A stretch of 64,000 nucleotides of DNA from Eledone cirrhosa (Eukaryota). A model generated the notes under the pieces. That model saw only the letters and a list, made by a program, of their open reading frames with translations, was not told the origin of the DNA and searched no databases. Every line of letters begins with the position of its first letter. Within the stretch, counting starts at the first letter, position 1. The stretch is taken from assembly GCA_964016885.1 (NCBI GenBank), contig OZ024753.1, positions 45,694,001 to 45,758,000 on the forward strand, written 5' to 3'. Position numbers and translations under genes: made by a program. Of the stretch, positions 40,035 to 54,200 are shown one piece after another.

Positions 40035-40185
40035 TAGCCCCTGTAAGTTGCATACCAGTCCCCATTTCCACCCGATCGATGTTTTCCAAAGGAAAACAAA
40101 AAGTTGACACCGCTTGGCATCAACGATGTTCTAACGTTAAATAAAATGTCTTGCTCAAGGACACAACAGTCTAACCACGAAGCCC
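40035..40185 (-). mobile_element. CORE-type SINE, internally deleted
   Basis: caccgcttggca, tgtcttgctcaaggacacaac and ctaaccac are homologous to 13690-13924. Confidence 0.6.
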
Positions 40186-41351
40186 TGCATTACATATAAA
40201 TATTTCGTACGATGCTCTCACAATTTCGCGAATCATTAACGCACTTAATGTTCATTCAAGCGTGATTGGAGCTTAGAACATAGAGATTTTCTGAACAAAC
40301 CACAAAGTAATTTATCTTACACGATAAGAATTCAGTAGATTCGCCATCTATATACTCCGGGACGATGAAAACATCGTTAGAGATTTGCCACTGTTCATAA
40401 AAGTCAGACAAACATATTGAGATCAGAAGCTTAATTGCTCACATATAACTGTAACTCTGAAAATTAGATTAAAAAATAATGAATTCATAAAACACAAAAA
40501 ATACTTAACAAAAAAAAACTAATATAAAATAGGAGAAGAGAAGAGATATTTGATGTAATAAATATATTTCGAATTATTTAGTAATTTAACTTTCAGAAAG
40601 ACATTAATATTGCGATAATTGAAGAATATTATATAGTATAATCTTGTTTTCATGGTATTTCCAAAACTTCACATCTCTTAATCAGTACTGACATCGCAAT
40701 TACAGTTAAGTATAGCAATTTAAAAGTTGCAGTAGAATTAAATGCCATTTTAATAAAAGATCGAATTGTGATCAGGAAATATAAAAATAGCGTTTAAATC
40801 AGTGTAAAGCTAAATTTTAATTCCCACATGCATTTCTAGAATCTAAAAAAATAAAAGATTATGTAATGGTGTAGCTATTTATTATAACTATGTAACTATG
40901 TCATTTTATCTGGTTCAGGCACGTAGTTGTTCTTCCTCTAATACACACACACTCTCTCTCTCTGACATTCTTTCATCGTATTTATACAAGCATACACAAG
41001 TATACAAGTATATACATTGTATTGATCAGACTCTTACAACATGAATAAATGTATTCCTACTACATACACACACCTCCACATATACACAGGCACACACAGC
41101 GACGCACACTCATATATATACACACACATATGTATATATGTATGTAGAAACTAAACAGAAATAACAAAACAAACAACACAATGTAGAAATATATTAGTTT
41201 AACGCTTGAAATTATAGGAAGAATGTCTCAATGTGTCCACTCTAGTCCTTCATCGGAATATAGAATGAGAAATAAAAGATGAACCAAGGCAAAAATGCAT
41301 AAGCGAGGAGCTGGGTAGTTTGATCGAGACCGAGGCCAGGGGTATATTGTC

Positions 41352-41405
<54 letters not shown>

Positions 41406-42699
41406 AGAGAGAGAGAGAGATTGAATGTGATGGGGATTGAGAGAAAGAAGGGGAGAGAGCAAGAGAGAGAATTTGAGTGAAATTGAAAGTAATAGAGATC
41501 GAAATTCAAAGATAAATTTGAGGATGAGTGAGAATGGTGTAAATAAGAGAATAAAAGTGGATGACACATATGTAGATAGAGAATAATAATGGTTTATAAT
41601 GGAGAGAAAGTAAAGGAGGCGGTCCTGTTGATAATAGAGATATTGGTGATAATTACACTAGCTAAGTGAAGAGTGAAATATTTTATTCATTATTATTACT
41701 TATGCTTGTTTTCTATGTGTAATACAGCTTTTCGCTTACACTAGATGAAAGCAATTCTTTAAATGTTCTATGCTTTAACGTATGTGTAATGAAATTCCTG
41801 CCAAATGGAAATGTGTGGTGTTTGAGAATGAATAGCTCCACAGATACACATCATTTCTCTTCTATTTTTACACCTCGTTTGAACATTATTAGTTGCCGCT
41901 AAAGGCCCTCATGCAAAGTGTCTCCTTATAAGCCTCGTATACGTTATATTTTATAATGCGATTATGCGACATAGTCACCAGAGTTTCGTTTCATCAGAAA
42001 TTGAATTATATATTGAACTATCTCACCCCTCCCCATGCAATTCCATTACAGGAATTGGTAGCGAAATGATTATTGGACGCAATTATAGGTGTAGCTAGTT
42101 AGTGATGCGACATTTCCTTTGAAGAAGAAAATATTTTAAGAGCATTTCGAGGAAAAGCAAAGCTATTAATGAATATATTTACATTTCAGGTCGCATGTGG
42201 TTCTATATTTAGGTAACTACTAAATATATATGTTTAACTGGGAACATTTAAATTAATTTTATGTAGATTTTTTACTGTTTATATTCTAACAAATAAAAAA
42301 TAAATCAAAGCTGGTAATAAATAGTTATTGATATTTTGTGTGGAGGGATGCCCCACCCCCAGGAAATATGCGAAAGAATGCCAAGTATTTGTCTCTCATT
42401 GTGGTTTGGCACAATAAAGTAAACACCGTCCGAGAGTAATTTTACTTAGAAGAGACACATAATTGTTGATGTCATTGTTGTTCTTGTTCCATTGATCGAA
42501 CATTTTCAAGATGTAAAACATAAAACGAGCTTCAGTTGTGGCAGTACCATTGAATTAAAGGATTACCGTAGGAGTCTATTTATTAATTGTTCAAGATTTT
42601 GATTGAACGAGATTTGATTCCTAAATCTAGTATATCAGAAAAATTCTACATATATGAAAATGATCTCGAATGGGCCTCTCCAAGATGCACCAAATCCGC

Positions 42700-43119
42700 T
42701 CTGCACGTTCTCGTTCATTCCTTGTGCATTATCAACTTCCATAGTAATGTTGTATAGCTGCTGTTGTGTTGGATGTATTTGGCTGTCGACTAAATCCATC
42801 ATAATATTCACCCTGCCATTCTTCTTTAACAGAAAATAGAGGGTAGCGTTCCTCTGATTTGTAGATATAAGGAAATTGATTGTATAGTGGATAAGATTGA
42901 ATGGAACGAAGTCATCTTGTTGTTCGTATATTTGTTGAGATAACTGACTAAACTAAGGTACTCAATTCTCCATTACCAACATGTATGAAATCTATATATC
43001 ATTGCATGTTTTATCTACCTAGGTTCTCTACTATATATGTAATTCTCTTTCCCATGACTACATGCTATAAATTCTCTTTGTAAAGCCGCATCACCCGATA
43101 CATTTGTTGTAAAGGAATT
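42700..43119 (-). pseudogene. Decayed cadherin-repeat coding segment
   Basis: The - strand reads NSFTTNVSG..LQRE...SREPR*..HAMI, then a frameshifted IHV.N/EN.(P)*FSQ. A stop-free 105-codon frame (42638-42952) follows, containing QDDFVPFNLIHYTI...YFLLKKNGRVNIMMDL...YNITMEVDN. This matches the order of cadherin EC motifs (SG, LDRE, D.G.P, DxNxxxPxF, DxD..N...Y.I, Y.+.V.A.D). Confidence 0.55.
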
Positions 43120-43720
43120 AATTATTATCATTATTATTATTATTATTACTAATTTTGGTGTTGTTGTTGTTGTTATAATTGGTGTTGGTGTTGTTGTTAT
43201 TGTTGTTAATATCATTATTATTGCCATATCTGCCTTGTCTAATTGGATTTTTTCTTAATGAGAAGTAATATATGAGCCATATTGTGCCTTTGTGACGTGC
43301 ATTTAAATACGGAATATATTTAATAGAAAATATATTTTTAATTTGGAATTTGAATAATAATTATATTGAAGTATGCAATCTACTTGATTTAGGAAGTAAA
43401 GCGTGACGTGGCATTTCTTATTCGCTATCAAATTCTCCAGCAGATTTAATCAATAGATAACTGAAATTATTCCAATATTCTATATTGCATATTGAAGCTG
43501 AATACATTATTGAGGTGCAGAGTGACATTGGTGAAACCTAATAACATATCATAAACGGAAGTCGGATGTCGGAATCATAATTGCAAAGTAACTTTCTTTT
43601 ACATTTTATGTATATTCACACACACTTCAAAACATCCAAATATATTAATCCATAAATACGTATACACTTTTGACAGCAGACACACACATACACACACACA
43701 CACACTCACACACACACAGA

Positions 43721-43851
<131 letters not shown>

Positions 43852-43967
43852 ATATATAAAACATAAACATTCTGCCTGTACCTTCAACGTTTTAGAAGTG
43901 GCAGGGATGAAACAATTGTCTAGTCAACTTCTGTAGCTCATTTTTCTGTAGGGAATTTTCTGATCAT

Positions 43968-44015
<48 letters not shown>

Positions 44016-44018
<3 letters not shown>

Positions 44019-44198
44019 CCAGTAAGACCCCGACAGCTGAGCTCAAGCCGTTTCGACGGCTAATTCTGGACTTAGTCCAGAATTAGCCGTCGAAACTGTC
44101 GGGGTCTTACTGGTTCCTATTACCCACTCTACTACCTCAAGTATTGAGTACTTTGGTGCGTTATGGTCCACCTGGTTCCTTACCACATTTCCTTCGTT
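44016..44198 (+). mobile_element. TA-embedded foldback element family B
   Basis: Perfect 23-bp arms at 44050-44072 and 44074-44096 with a 1-nt loop, plus outer arms at 44016-44036 and 44096-44116. Contains GAAAC-t-GTC; 3' tail caagtattgagtactttggtgcgttatg...ttaccac is homologous to 48783-48900. Confidence 0.85.
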
Positions 44199-44715
44199 AT
44201 ATATATATATATATATATATATATCGAGAGTGACGTTTACACATAAGCGTCTTCCTCTGATGAACGAATGCTGCAGTTAACGCAATGTTAGATAGATGAA
44301 TATTAACGGAAAGTAGTTACGTGTTCTAAAGTATCCCCACCCACAAGAAATATTTGTTTAATCATGGAGACAGAACTGATAGAGTAAAGTCAAACTAATC
44401 TAATATATCGTCATAAAGTCACAACAGGGTTTTAGCCCTGAGATTCAAAGTCTGGTAAGAAAGGCATAGATGGTTGACGATGAAAGAAATACAAAGAGAT
44501 TCAAAAGTGGATATCCAGCAAATGTTTAACACGTAGGATCTATATAGGGACTAAACTATTTCCATGTTGGTTACGGTTGAGTGAATGTCACTGATGTCAC
44601 ATTAACGAATCATGGAACAAAGCTGTCTATCATTTCCGACTGAGAGTGACACTCTGTGATGTGTTCAGACAGAGGAAAATGTTTCTTTCTTTACGAACAT
44701 ATATTTTTGTATTTG

Positions 44716-44746
<31 letters not shown>

Positions 44747-44747
<1 letters not shown>

Positions 44748-44940
44748 GAATGTATGTATAGTATATTTGGCAACATACTGTATGTTTATTGAAAACATGT
44801 AGAAGACCATTCGCTATGAGTTTTAAATAGCGTATGGTCTTCTAAATGTTTTTAATTAAACATACAGTATGTTGCCAAATATACTATACATACATTCACG
44901 TATTATACATCGCTATTTCAGAGCATCAATACTAATACCA
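44747..44940 (+). mobile_element. TA-embedded foldback element family F, short copy
   Basis: ~71-bp arms at 44747-44817 and 44827-44898; termini and tail gctatttcagagca.caat.ctaata are homologous to 56791-57275. Confidence 0.85.
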
Positions 44941-45552
44941 TATATATATGCCATTTCGAAAAGTACATCGATAAGACAAGTATACTTCTTGAAGAAACTA
45001 ATTCTTCAAGTCTTGAGGAAAAATACAGAATTACATCGCTACGATGTAAAGTCTCTTCCCCTGCATTGGTACAGTCTTGTGTCTGAAGCCAGTAAAGAAA
45101 AAGACAGGGAAACCATTCATAAGAATATTTAGAATTCTCAGACAATAATTGCAGTTACAGTCAGGTGCTAAACATTGTATAAAAATCTGTTAAAGAACCT
45201 TAGAGACGGAAGGATGTTACTAGTAGCTTATATGAAGTATCGAACTCCATAACTTCCAAATACCGGCTAGGTGCACTGTAAATAAGATTAGTATGGACGG
45301 TATTTAGAGTTTAAGGTGACCTGACATGTTCAGAGAAGCACTAACTCCTGCTATAAATCGATTTTAGGAGAAATGCCAGTCCAACTACTAAAGAAACGAT
45401 TCATTTATATAGTCAACCATTTCATGGGAATCAATTCTACAAGAGAACAACAGATTTCTATTGGATAAATTATGAAAATCATTAGGATTATCAGAAACAA
45501 AATGTTGTGTATGTATTATGTAAGTGTGTATGTATTATGCATGTGCGTATGG

Positions 45553-45588
<36 letters not shown>

Positions 45589-45648
45589 CCATACGCACAT
45601 GCATATATACATACACACTTATATATATATATACACATATATATATAT

Positions 45649-45705
<57 letters not shown>

Positions 45706-45731
45706 TGTATATATATATATATATGAATGTA

Positions 45732-45782
<51 letters not shown>

Positions 45783-46314
45783 GTGTGTGTGTGTGTATGT
45801 ATGTGTGTATGTGTGTGTACACATATATAACCATTTACATACGTGTATATACATTCATGTGTGCGTTTATGTATGCACGTATATGTGTAAGCATTACAGA
45901 GAGATAATTGATATATATCTAATTAAATACACATTGAAGTATGCAATATTCGAAGCATATTTATAATTGTGTGTGCGTGCATTTATGTCTGCGTATTTGC
46001 ATGTATGTGTGTCAGTGTGTATATGTATGTATGCATGTAAGTCTGTATCTGTGTGTGTGTTAGTTTTGTGCATTCAACAAGAAGCCAAATGTCATGTTAC
46101 ATTGACCTGAAATATCAGTTCTGAATTCAATACGTATTACACTCCACATTTATATCCACACTCACACACGTGCACACACACACACACACACACACACACC
46201 ACACACGCACACACACACACTCACTGACCACGCACTTACAGCCCCCCTCACACAAATATATACATATATATATATATGTGTGTATTTATACATATATATA
46301 CATATATATATACA

Positions 46315-46353
<39 letters not shown>

Positions 46354-47285
46354 AAAATGTGAGTAAATATTTCACAAACCAAATATTCGTTTGTTTTGTG
46401 TTTTTTTCGCACATACATCACATAGTTTATAACTGATCTGTTTCCTGATTATAGTTACGAAATTTATTATCGTGTTATTGATCATGTTCTTTGTCATAAT
46501 TCAATTTATGAAGGCCTTTTTATTACGTTTAACCTTTGCAACCACGAAAGCGATTTTACATCATTTCAAAATCCATGCGAATATGGTTTGTTACCTCATT
46601 AAAATTGGCTTGTGTAAATATCAGTGTGGCTGGATATGATACTCTAAAGCATTACTTGTCAAGCTTGTAGAGTCGTATAAAATCCGTATGATTCTAAAGT
46701 AAGTGTGGCTTTAAATTCAGTACGTACTGATATAGAACTGTATTTATTAACATTCGGTTTCACGTTATTCTTCATAAAATCATCTTTAAATGTAATAAAT
46801 TCGAAAGAGCATGTTCTTCCACTCTAGCTGCATGTGTTTACTAATACGTTTATGTAATTCAGTGTTCTGCGAAATCTGTGAAATACATATCCTTTTATTG
46901 AGCTCTGAAGGTGTGGAATAAAAATATATGACAATATGCTATATCATATTACCATAAGAAAGATTCTCTGCGTTGTTCGTTTCTAGAATGTCATTCTTCC
47001 GGTTATTATATTGAAGGTTTCACAGTCTTGTACATTGAGTTGTATTAAGTGGTAAGAATTAAGTTTCTACACTGGTGTAGGTATAATTATTTCCTGCGAT
47101 GTAAATGGTTTCTGATATATTTATGGTATTAATATGTTTAACATGTAACATATGGCCTGGCCATAATAGTGAGGATATGGGAGGATTGTATATACAGTGT
47201 GAAATATCGTACTATGATTAAAACATCCGTCTAAAGTTGAAATCACAAGTATATTTACACCATCTTACGTACGCACACATATATA

Positions 47286-47374
<89 letters not shown>

Positions 47375-47377
<3 letters not shown>

Positions 47378-47525
47378 GATAAATCTACCAAGAGTTTACG
47401 GTAGTGTCCAATCCGTATGAAGAACTCAATGTATACAGAGTCAAGATAAAATATTAAACAAATAATGAATAAACAATTCCTTATATTTGTTTAATATAAG
47501 GAATTGTTTATTCATTATTTGTTTA

Positions 47526-47534
<9 letters not shown>
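47375..47534 (-). mobile_element. TA-embedded foldback element family H
   Basis: Perfect 42-bp arms at 47446-47487 and 47493-47534; gtcca.tc.g.atgaagaactcaatgta is shared with 53445-53680. Confidence 0.82.
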
Positions 47535-47601
<67 letters not shown>

Positions 47602-47612
47602 GATAGATATAT

Positions 47613-47808
47613 AAGTTATTCCGGGTTGAATCGGAGGTAACCACAGTAAGTAAGGTACTCAATACATAGCATAGTATAAAAGTTTTAATATAGAACAGCT
47701 TCTACAGGACTAGAACTGTTTCATTCGTGAGAAATGATCAGGCTTCCTGGGGATTTCTCACGAATGAAACAGTTCTAGTCATGTAGAAGCTCTTCTATAT
47801 TAAAACTT
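47613..47808 (-). mobile_element. TA-embedded foldback element family C
   Basis: 56-bp arms at 47680-47735 and 47753-47808 (2 mismatches). The - strand has a hammerhead-like cctgatca...gaaacag and a gtattgagtacc motif. Confidence 0.82.
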
Positions 47809-48728
47809 ATATATATATATATATATATAGATAGATATATATGCACATGTATTTGACACTGCTTGGGCACTATGCCCCCCCCCCCCCCCAAATGCTGCTA
47901 CTATGTTTCAAACAATGCCCACAATTGTTTAATCCAGCAGAGCCATTCTGAGTACTTCAACATCCCACAAGAATCACAGGAAGGCGAAATTGAGAACTCT
48001 CACAAATTATTCTAATTCACATTTTCATAGCACTTTATATATTTAATTTTATAGATAATTATAATATAGATAATTGGTTATTGACTAATCGGTATCGGCC
48101 GGAGATTCAATTCTGAATATTCGGTAATCGGCCAATTTGCTTATCAATGCATGCTTACTATATATGGCATATATAGCAAAACCAGTAATAAATCTGTTCA
48201 GAAAAGATATTGTGCAACAGAGCATAGTTAATAACGTGACAGATATTGTGTAATCAGTGAATAATTAAACAGACCACGTGTCTATCACAATAGATAATGA
48301 TGTGGTATATACCTTTCACCGTCAATATTATTGGATTATAATAGATGAAGAGTAGAATAATTCTCTACATTCATAACACTTGGTTATAACGATAGAGGTT
48401 CCATTATAGATAACCATCAGCTCATAATAAAGAGATAGAAAATAGTAGCAACTAATATTATCTAACAATTCAAACACATTGGTGATTTGCCAATAATATA
48501 TTTGTACTGGTTGTGCATTCTTTCATGTTCTGTGCTGAATATATTGGCATTATATCTATCATATAATTAACATTGTTTAAATCAATGTCCCGTTTCTAAA
48601 AAAAAAATAATAATATTATAAACATATATATCTAAGAATTACTTTTTTTTAAATTCAAATTCTAACATTTCCTTTTATTAAAAAAAGACATATCTTCTTT
48701 ACTTTTATGTTATAGATATACTTTTATG

Positions 48729-48782
<54 letters not shown>

Positions 48783-48784
<2 letters not shown>

Positions 48785-48900
48785 GAAAAGATTCAGGACC
48801 TCGACGGACATGTCGAAACAGCCGTCGAGGTCCTGAATCTGTTCATATTGCCCCAAGAATCGAGTACTCTGGTGGGTTATGTCTGGTTTTTACCACGCCC
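48783..48900 (+). mobile_element. TA-embedded foldback element family B, second copy
   Basis: 25-bp arms at 48783-48807 and 48822-48846; gacatgtc-GAAAC-agcc-GTC is a 3' half-hammerhead; tail caagaatcgagtactctggtgggttatg...ttaccac. Confidence 0.82.
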
Positions 48901-48928
48901 TATCTAATATATATATCTATATGCGTGC

Positions 48929-49008
<80 letters not shown>

Positions 49009-51038
49009 GATATTGTGTACTTGTAAGTGTGATTGTTGTCTAGAAGCCTATCGAGTATTTCGCGATACACAGTGAATTTCTGACAGGAGACACGACAAGA
49101 GAAACTTGTGCTGTGATGTCTATACGATGTGATATGACATGAGTAAAATAAATGTATAACATTTTGTAAACAGAAGATAAATTCATTTAGAAAAAAAAAT
49201 ACACTTCCATTCAGTACATTAGCTACTATAAAGAAAATGTTGCTTTTCATGCGGAAAGTCTGGCTACAGAATAAAGAAAAACGATTTGAACTTATTAGAA
49301 CTGGATTGAACCTGGGACCCAGACAATATTTCCGAATGACAGAAAAAAAACAGAAATCTATACATCTATATTCTTTTATTTATTTTCTCCTGCTTCAAAC
49401 AGGTTAATGGCATTCGGAAGTTCGATTCACTCTGCACGATATATAACCTCTCCTGATTAAATAAATATAGTGCCATCAAATGTTGAACAGCTTCAAGTAT
49501 CATGAGGAAGTTTCAACCGGGATATGATGAACAAATATGTAAGTGTTTGCTATATGTGTGTACAAAAGACAGCCTAATACTTTTGAAATCAGACTTCCAT
49601 CTTTCAGATGGATAACAAAATAAAGAATATATTTTACATGTTAGACCTCTTATGGTTCCGCTAAGTTCTAACCAGTATTAATCTATTCTCTTTCTATCTT
49701 GTCCTATTATTTGACTGACAAAACTGGTCTGCGGTGGGGCGAGATTTATTCCTGAATTTGTACCTAAACATAGTATTCCGAATTAAAATCGTACCGTGAT
49801 TTAGTTAGTTGGTAGACTTAGGAGGCAGAATTCCTCGTCTAATTTAAACCTTACCACCCTACCCTTGTAGGTTTAGCGGATTCCACTCGTTTGGAAGTAT
49901 TTGAGTCTGTTTTCAAATTTTACTATAGACTTGTTCCTACCTCATTCCCAAGGTGTTATGAGGCCCTAAAAAAGAGTTATGGTTAGTAACTTGTCTTTCC
50001 TTCTGACACAGAGATGAAACTGTCAGAGGCAACCGAGGATACATAACACCCGGAACTGTATTTGTTGTTTTAAAGAAACTGAATTCCAAAAATGTTTCTC
50101 TCAGTGAGCACGAGAGATTTCACATTATTAACGAACCATTAGTCTTTATAAATCCAAGTATTAATGTTTAAAAGTTATTTGTACGTATTTTATTTTATTT
50201 ATAACATTGCAATGGCTTCATGATGAATATGGTCGTATGAAGAGGCGGAGTAGAATATAGTGTTATGTTGTGTTGTACAAATGCAGAATTTCTTGCACAG
50301 CAACACAAATTGACAGCAAAACCTTGCAGCAACATCATATATTTTCCTCAACTTGGATGAATACCACGGTATTTAAATGAAGCAGCACCTAGTAATTTAA
50401 ATAAAGAATGCGAAGTAGATTGCCATATAATTTATTTTTAAGAAAAAAAAATTAGAAAAGAAAAGGAAACACAAAAACCTGCTACTACGTGTATTTTTCT
50501 TTATGTTATTATTATTATTATTTTCTGGGGTATTTGAAAGTATCAATTTGGCTTATTTTTCCATCGTTTTTATTTTAAAAGCTATTATTATTTCAGAAGC
50601 GAGTTCGCGGGATAAACAATTATTTGACAGTCTCATGAATTTCTCAAGACATGCTATTTAGTAGAGAAAACAAATTCTATATGACACATTACAGAACAAC
50701 TTCTAATAAATTAATCAATAATAATAATAATAATAATAATGATACTAAGAATAATAACGATGATGATGATAAAGGGGAAACAGATGTCGGAATGAAAATG
50801 CAATCACCTTCGTTGTAACACGAATACATTGCGTTATGTATCTTTAAAAAAGTCTTTATATGTCCATATACTCTCGTATGTCACACGTTCAAGATGTAAC
50901 ACAGACACTTTTGTGATATTTCCATTAGTTCACATATTCTTCCTGTTAAATCTGTTAAATATATTGAGCTATAGCACCAGTATCTGTCCATCTTTAAAGG
51001 GCCATAAATCAGTGAAATAATGTTGTTTTCTGTTATTA

Positions 51039-51218
51039 TTGGGAGTATCGGTAGAGGGTCGAACGCCATGCTTTCCAGAAGGTTACTTCCCTTTACAGGC
51101 TGAGTTCAAATCCTGCCGAGGTTAACTTTGCCTTTCATCCTTACGGGGTGGATAAAATAAAGTACCAGTAATGCACTGGTTAATTGCTGGCATTGTACCA
51201 AAAGTAGAAACAATTATT
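51039..51218 (+). mobile_element. SINE family S1 (internal-deletion variant)
   Basis: A/B boxes and body. Confidence 0.9.
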
Positions 51219-51230
51219 TGAATATAGAAC

Positions 51231-51428
51231 GGCGATACATTAGCAGTATCGATAGAGCGTCGGCCTAAACTTATGGTTCGTTGGGTTCTAAGTTCAAATC
51301 CCACCGATTTGCTTTCATCCTTAAGGTATAGATAAAATAAACTACCAGTAATGGTTGGGAATCGATTTAATTGAATTTTCCCTCCCCACAAATTTGTTAC
51401 CCATGAGCCAATATGAGGAATAATTATT
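51231..51428 (+). mobile_element. SINE family S1, diverged long variant
   Basis: ggcgatacattagcagtatcg...gttcaaatccc...ctttcatcctt...taccagt...atcgatttaa; lies directly 3' of the previous copy. Confidence 0.8.
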
Positions 51429-52446
51429 TCAATCTAATATAATATAGTTAAAATCAGTATTTTAAAGTTTTCTATTTCTCTTTTGCAGCATAGACGTAAA
51501 CCTAAATTGCTGCACAAAACAGGTAGGTGCAAAGTTATTTTCTGAAAGGTGTCGATGGGTAAATGCCTCAAACCTTTGGAAACTCAAATGAAATATTGCA
51601 ATACATCCTTTCTATTAGATGCGAAGATGTGATGTGGTATTGAAATGGATTTTGGTATTTCAAGACTGCCGCAGATGGAGTTGGTGCTCACTCAACAGAC
51701 TGATAGACTATAGGACTTGAATGACAGTGGTAATCACCCACGGTTATATTAGTAATGGGTAGAATATCATAGCATAATACTTTACCTACAGAAATCCTTT
51801 GTAATTTACTAAAGTATATCAACATTTGTTATAGCAGTATTAAAGAAATCTGTTAATTTTTTTATGTATTTTTTGTAATGGGTTTGGTTGTATGTGTTCC
51901 ATTTTAACAGTTATGACGTAAATTCCTGTGCAACATTGGAAATTATTAAACGATGCCATTCATAGAATTGGAAAAACATTGAAAGACAAACTAAAAATAA
52001 TGACAAACAACAGCAAATCAAACGAACTTCCATGGAAAAGACAAATTCATTTTAAACGCTCTCACAATATTCGATTTGTTTTCTTTCCTTTGATATTCTT
52101 TATTATATTCTAGTTCATTATTGTTGTTCTTCTTCCTGTTGCTGTTGTTGGTGATGATATTATAGTTCTTGCTGATTTTGATACGATTATTTCTAATGCG
52201 ATTAATTCAGATATATTTAGTTCCAACGAATCTCTTCGATCTATGATGCCTTGATATATTGGTTAGAATCTAATTGTGATGAGAAAATTACAAGCGATTA
52301 ACATTGGACAGAAAATTTCTAGAACAAAATAAAAAAGCAAACCTATTGTGAAGCTACATACTTTGACGACTATATAATTCTAAAAAATATATATTCGATC
52401 GATATTGCACAATTATTTGTTCTCGTTACTTTTTTTAAATGTCTAC

Positions 52447-52520
<74 letters not shown>

Positions 52521-52627
52521 GTGTGTGTGTGTGTGCGTGAGAACATTGATATATTTACAATAGTAGAACTAAATGTTTCAACTCACACTAAGATACATAG
52601 ATGGCGCTCCCTCTCTCTCTCTCTCCC

Positions 52628-52658
<31 letters not shown>

Positions 52659-52903
52659 ATGTATATATATAGGTGTGTGTGTATGTGTGTATATATATGT
52701 GTGTGTGTGTATGTGTGTATATATATGTGTATGTGTGTGTGTATATACATGTGTGTGTATGTGTAGTATATTATAAAAGACATGTGTCAAACTTGTGTAT
52801 TCCTTCCAAGGTTCCCAGATTTTAGCGAAGCAAGCTGATATTATTGATGCTACGTTTGTCAGTCATTAGAAAGAGCATCACACGCACACGCACACACACA
52901 CAG

Positions 52904-52936
<33 letters not shown>

Positions 52937-52942
52937 CACACA

Positions 52943-52979
<37 letters not shown>

Positions 52980-53225
52980 TTGTACGTGTTTAAACTCGTG
53001 CACACCTACATATGCATATGTATTATATATATTGGTCTGATTCGTTACAATTTTCGATGTTTCCAGCCCCTTCCCTTCTAACTTTAAATCTGATCCAGCC
53101 CCAGCCAAACACTTTTGAAGCCCTTACATTTTCCACGGGTACTGCTCGATTCCATCTGACGACTTCAGTAGTCGTATTAGTCCTATTAGTATATATCTAT
53201 ATCTATCTATATATATATATATATA

Positions 53226-53374
53226 GTAATAATAATAAATGTGAAGACTAAAATCCAAAGAGGGCTCGATAAGGATAAATATATATAAAATATATAAGAA
53301 CCGTAGAGCAAATAACAGATTAAAGTTTAAGCAAAGAATCGCTGCTTTCACACTTAACGGGATCTTCTGAAACT
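53226..53374 (-). mobile_element. Family A element, essentially colinear copy
   Basis: Contains the hammerhead-like part and the 3' end in one orientation, which defines the unrearranged order. Confidence 0.82.
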
Positions 53375-53444
53375 AAAAAAATCAATCTGTATATGTATGT
53401 ATATATATAGTGTATAGTTATGTATATATATATATATATATATA

Positions 53445-53677
53445 CAGAGATATCCATGGTAAGTTGTGGGGTCCAGTCTGCATGAAGAACTCAATGTAAT
53501 CCATATGTTGAAAATGTTGTAGGTTAAAATAAATCCCGGAAAACAATAAAACATTAAAAGGAAAACAGAGTCATAATATAAGTTAAAATAATGAAATAAA
53601 AAAATCAAGTCATTAGAAATATACTTCACTGCTTTGAAGTATATTTCAAATGACTTGATTTTTTATTTCATTGTTTT

Positions 53678-53680
<3 letters not shown>
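53445..53680 (-). mobile_element. TA-embedded foldback element family H, second copy
   Basis: ~46-bp arms at 53582-53628 and 53635-53680; atgaagaactcaatgta motif. Confidence 0.82.
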
Positions 53681-53724
<44 letters not shown>

Positions 53725-53940
53725 ATATATATATAGTATATAATTATATATATATATGTATGTATATGTATATGGGTATATATATATATATGGGTATATA
53801 TATGGGTATATATATATGGGTATATATATATATATATATGTGTGTATGTGGGTATATATATATATATGTATGTGGGTATATATATATATATATATATGTA
53901 TGTGGGTATATATATATATATGTGTGTATGTATATATATA

Positions 53941-53985
<45 letters not shown>

Positions 53986-54159
53986 ATATATATAATATAT
54001 ATGTGTATATATATATATATATATATGTGTGTGTATATATATATATGTATGTATGTATATATATATATATATGTGTATATACATACATACATACATACAT
54101 ACATACATACATACATACATACATACATACATACATACATACATACATACATACATACA

Positions 54160-54190
<31 letters not shown>

Positions 54191-54200
54191 GTGTGTGTGT
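53681..54200. repeat. Compound (TA)n with GGG interruptions and (CATA)n
   Basis: Direct inspection. Confidence 0.93.

Noticed and set aside
48085-48160. atcggtatcggcc/aatcggcc repeats resembling a hAT subterminal region
   Set aside because: No matching opposite terminus or TSD found.
51489-51522. Possible 34-nt exon (polypyrimidine-CAG ... CAG/GTAGGT)
   Set aside because: Splice-like signals alone are common by chance; no partner exons or recognisable peptide.
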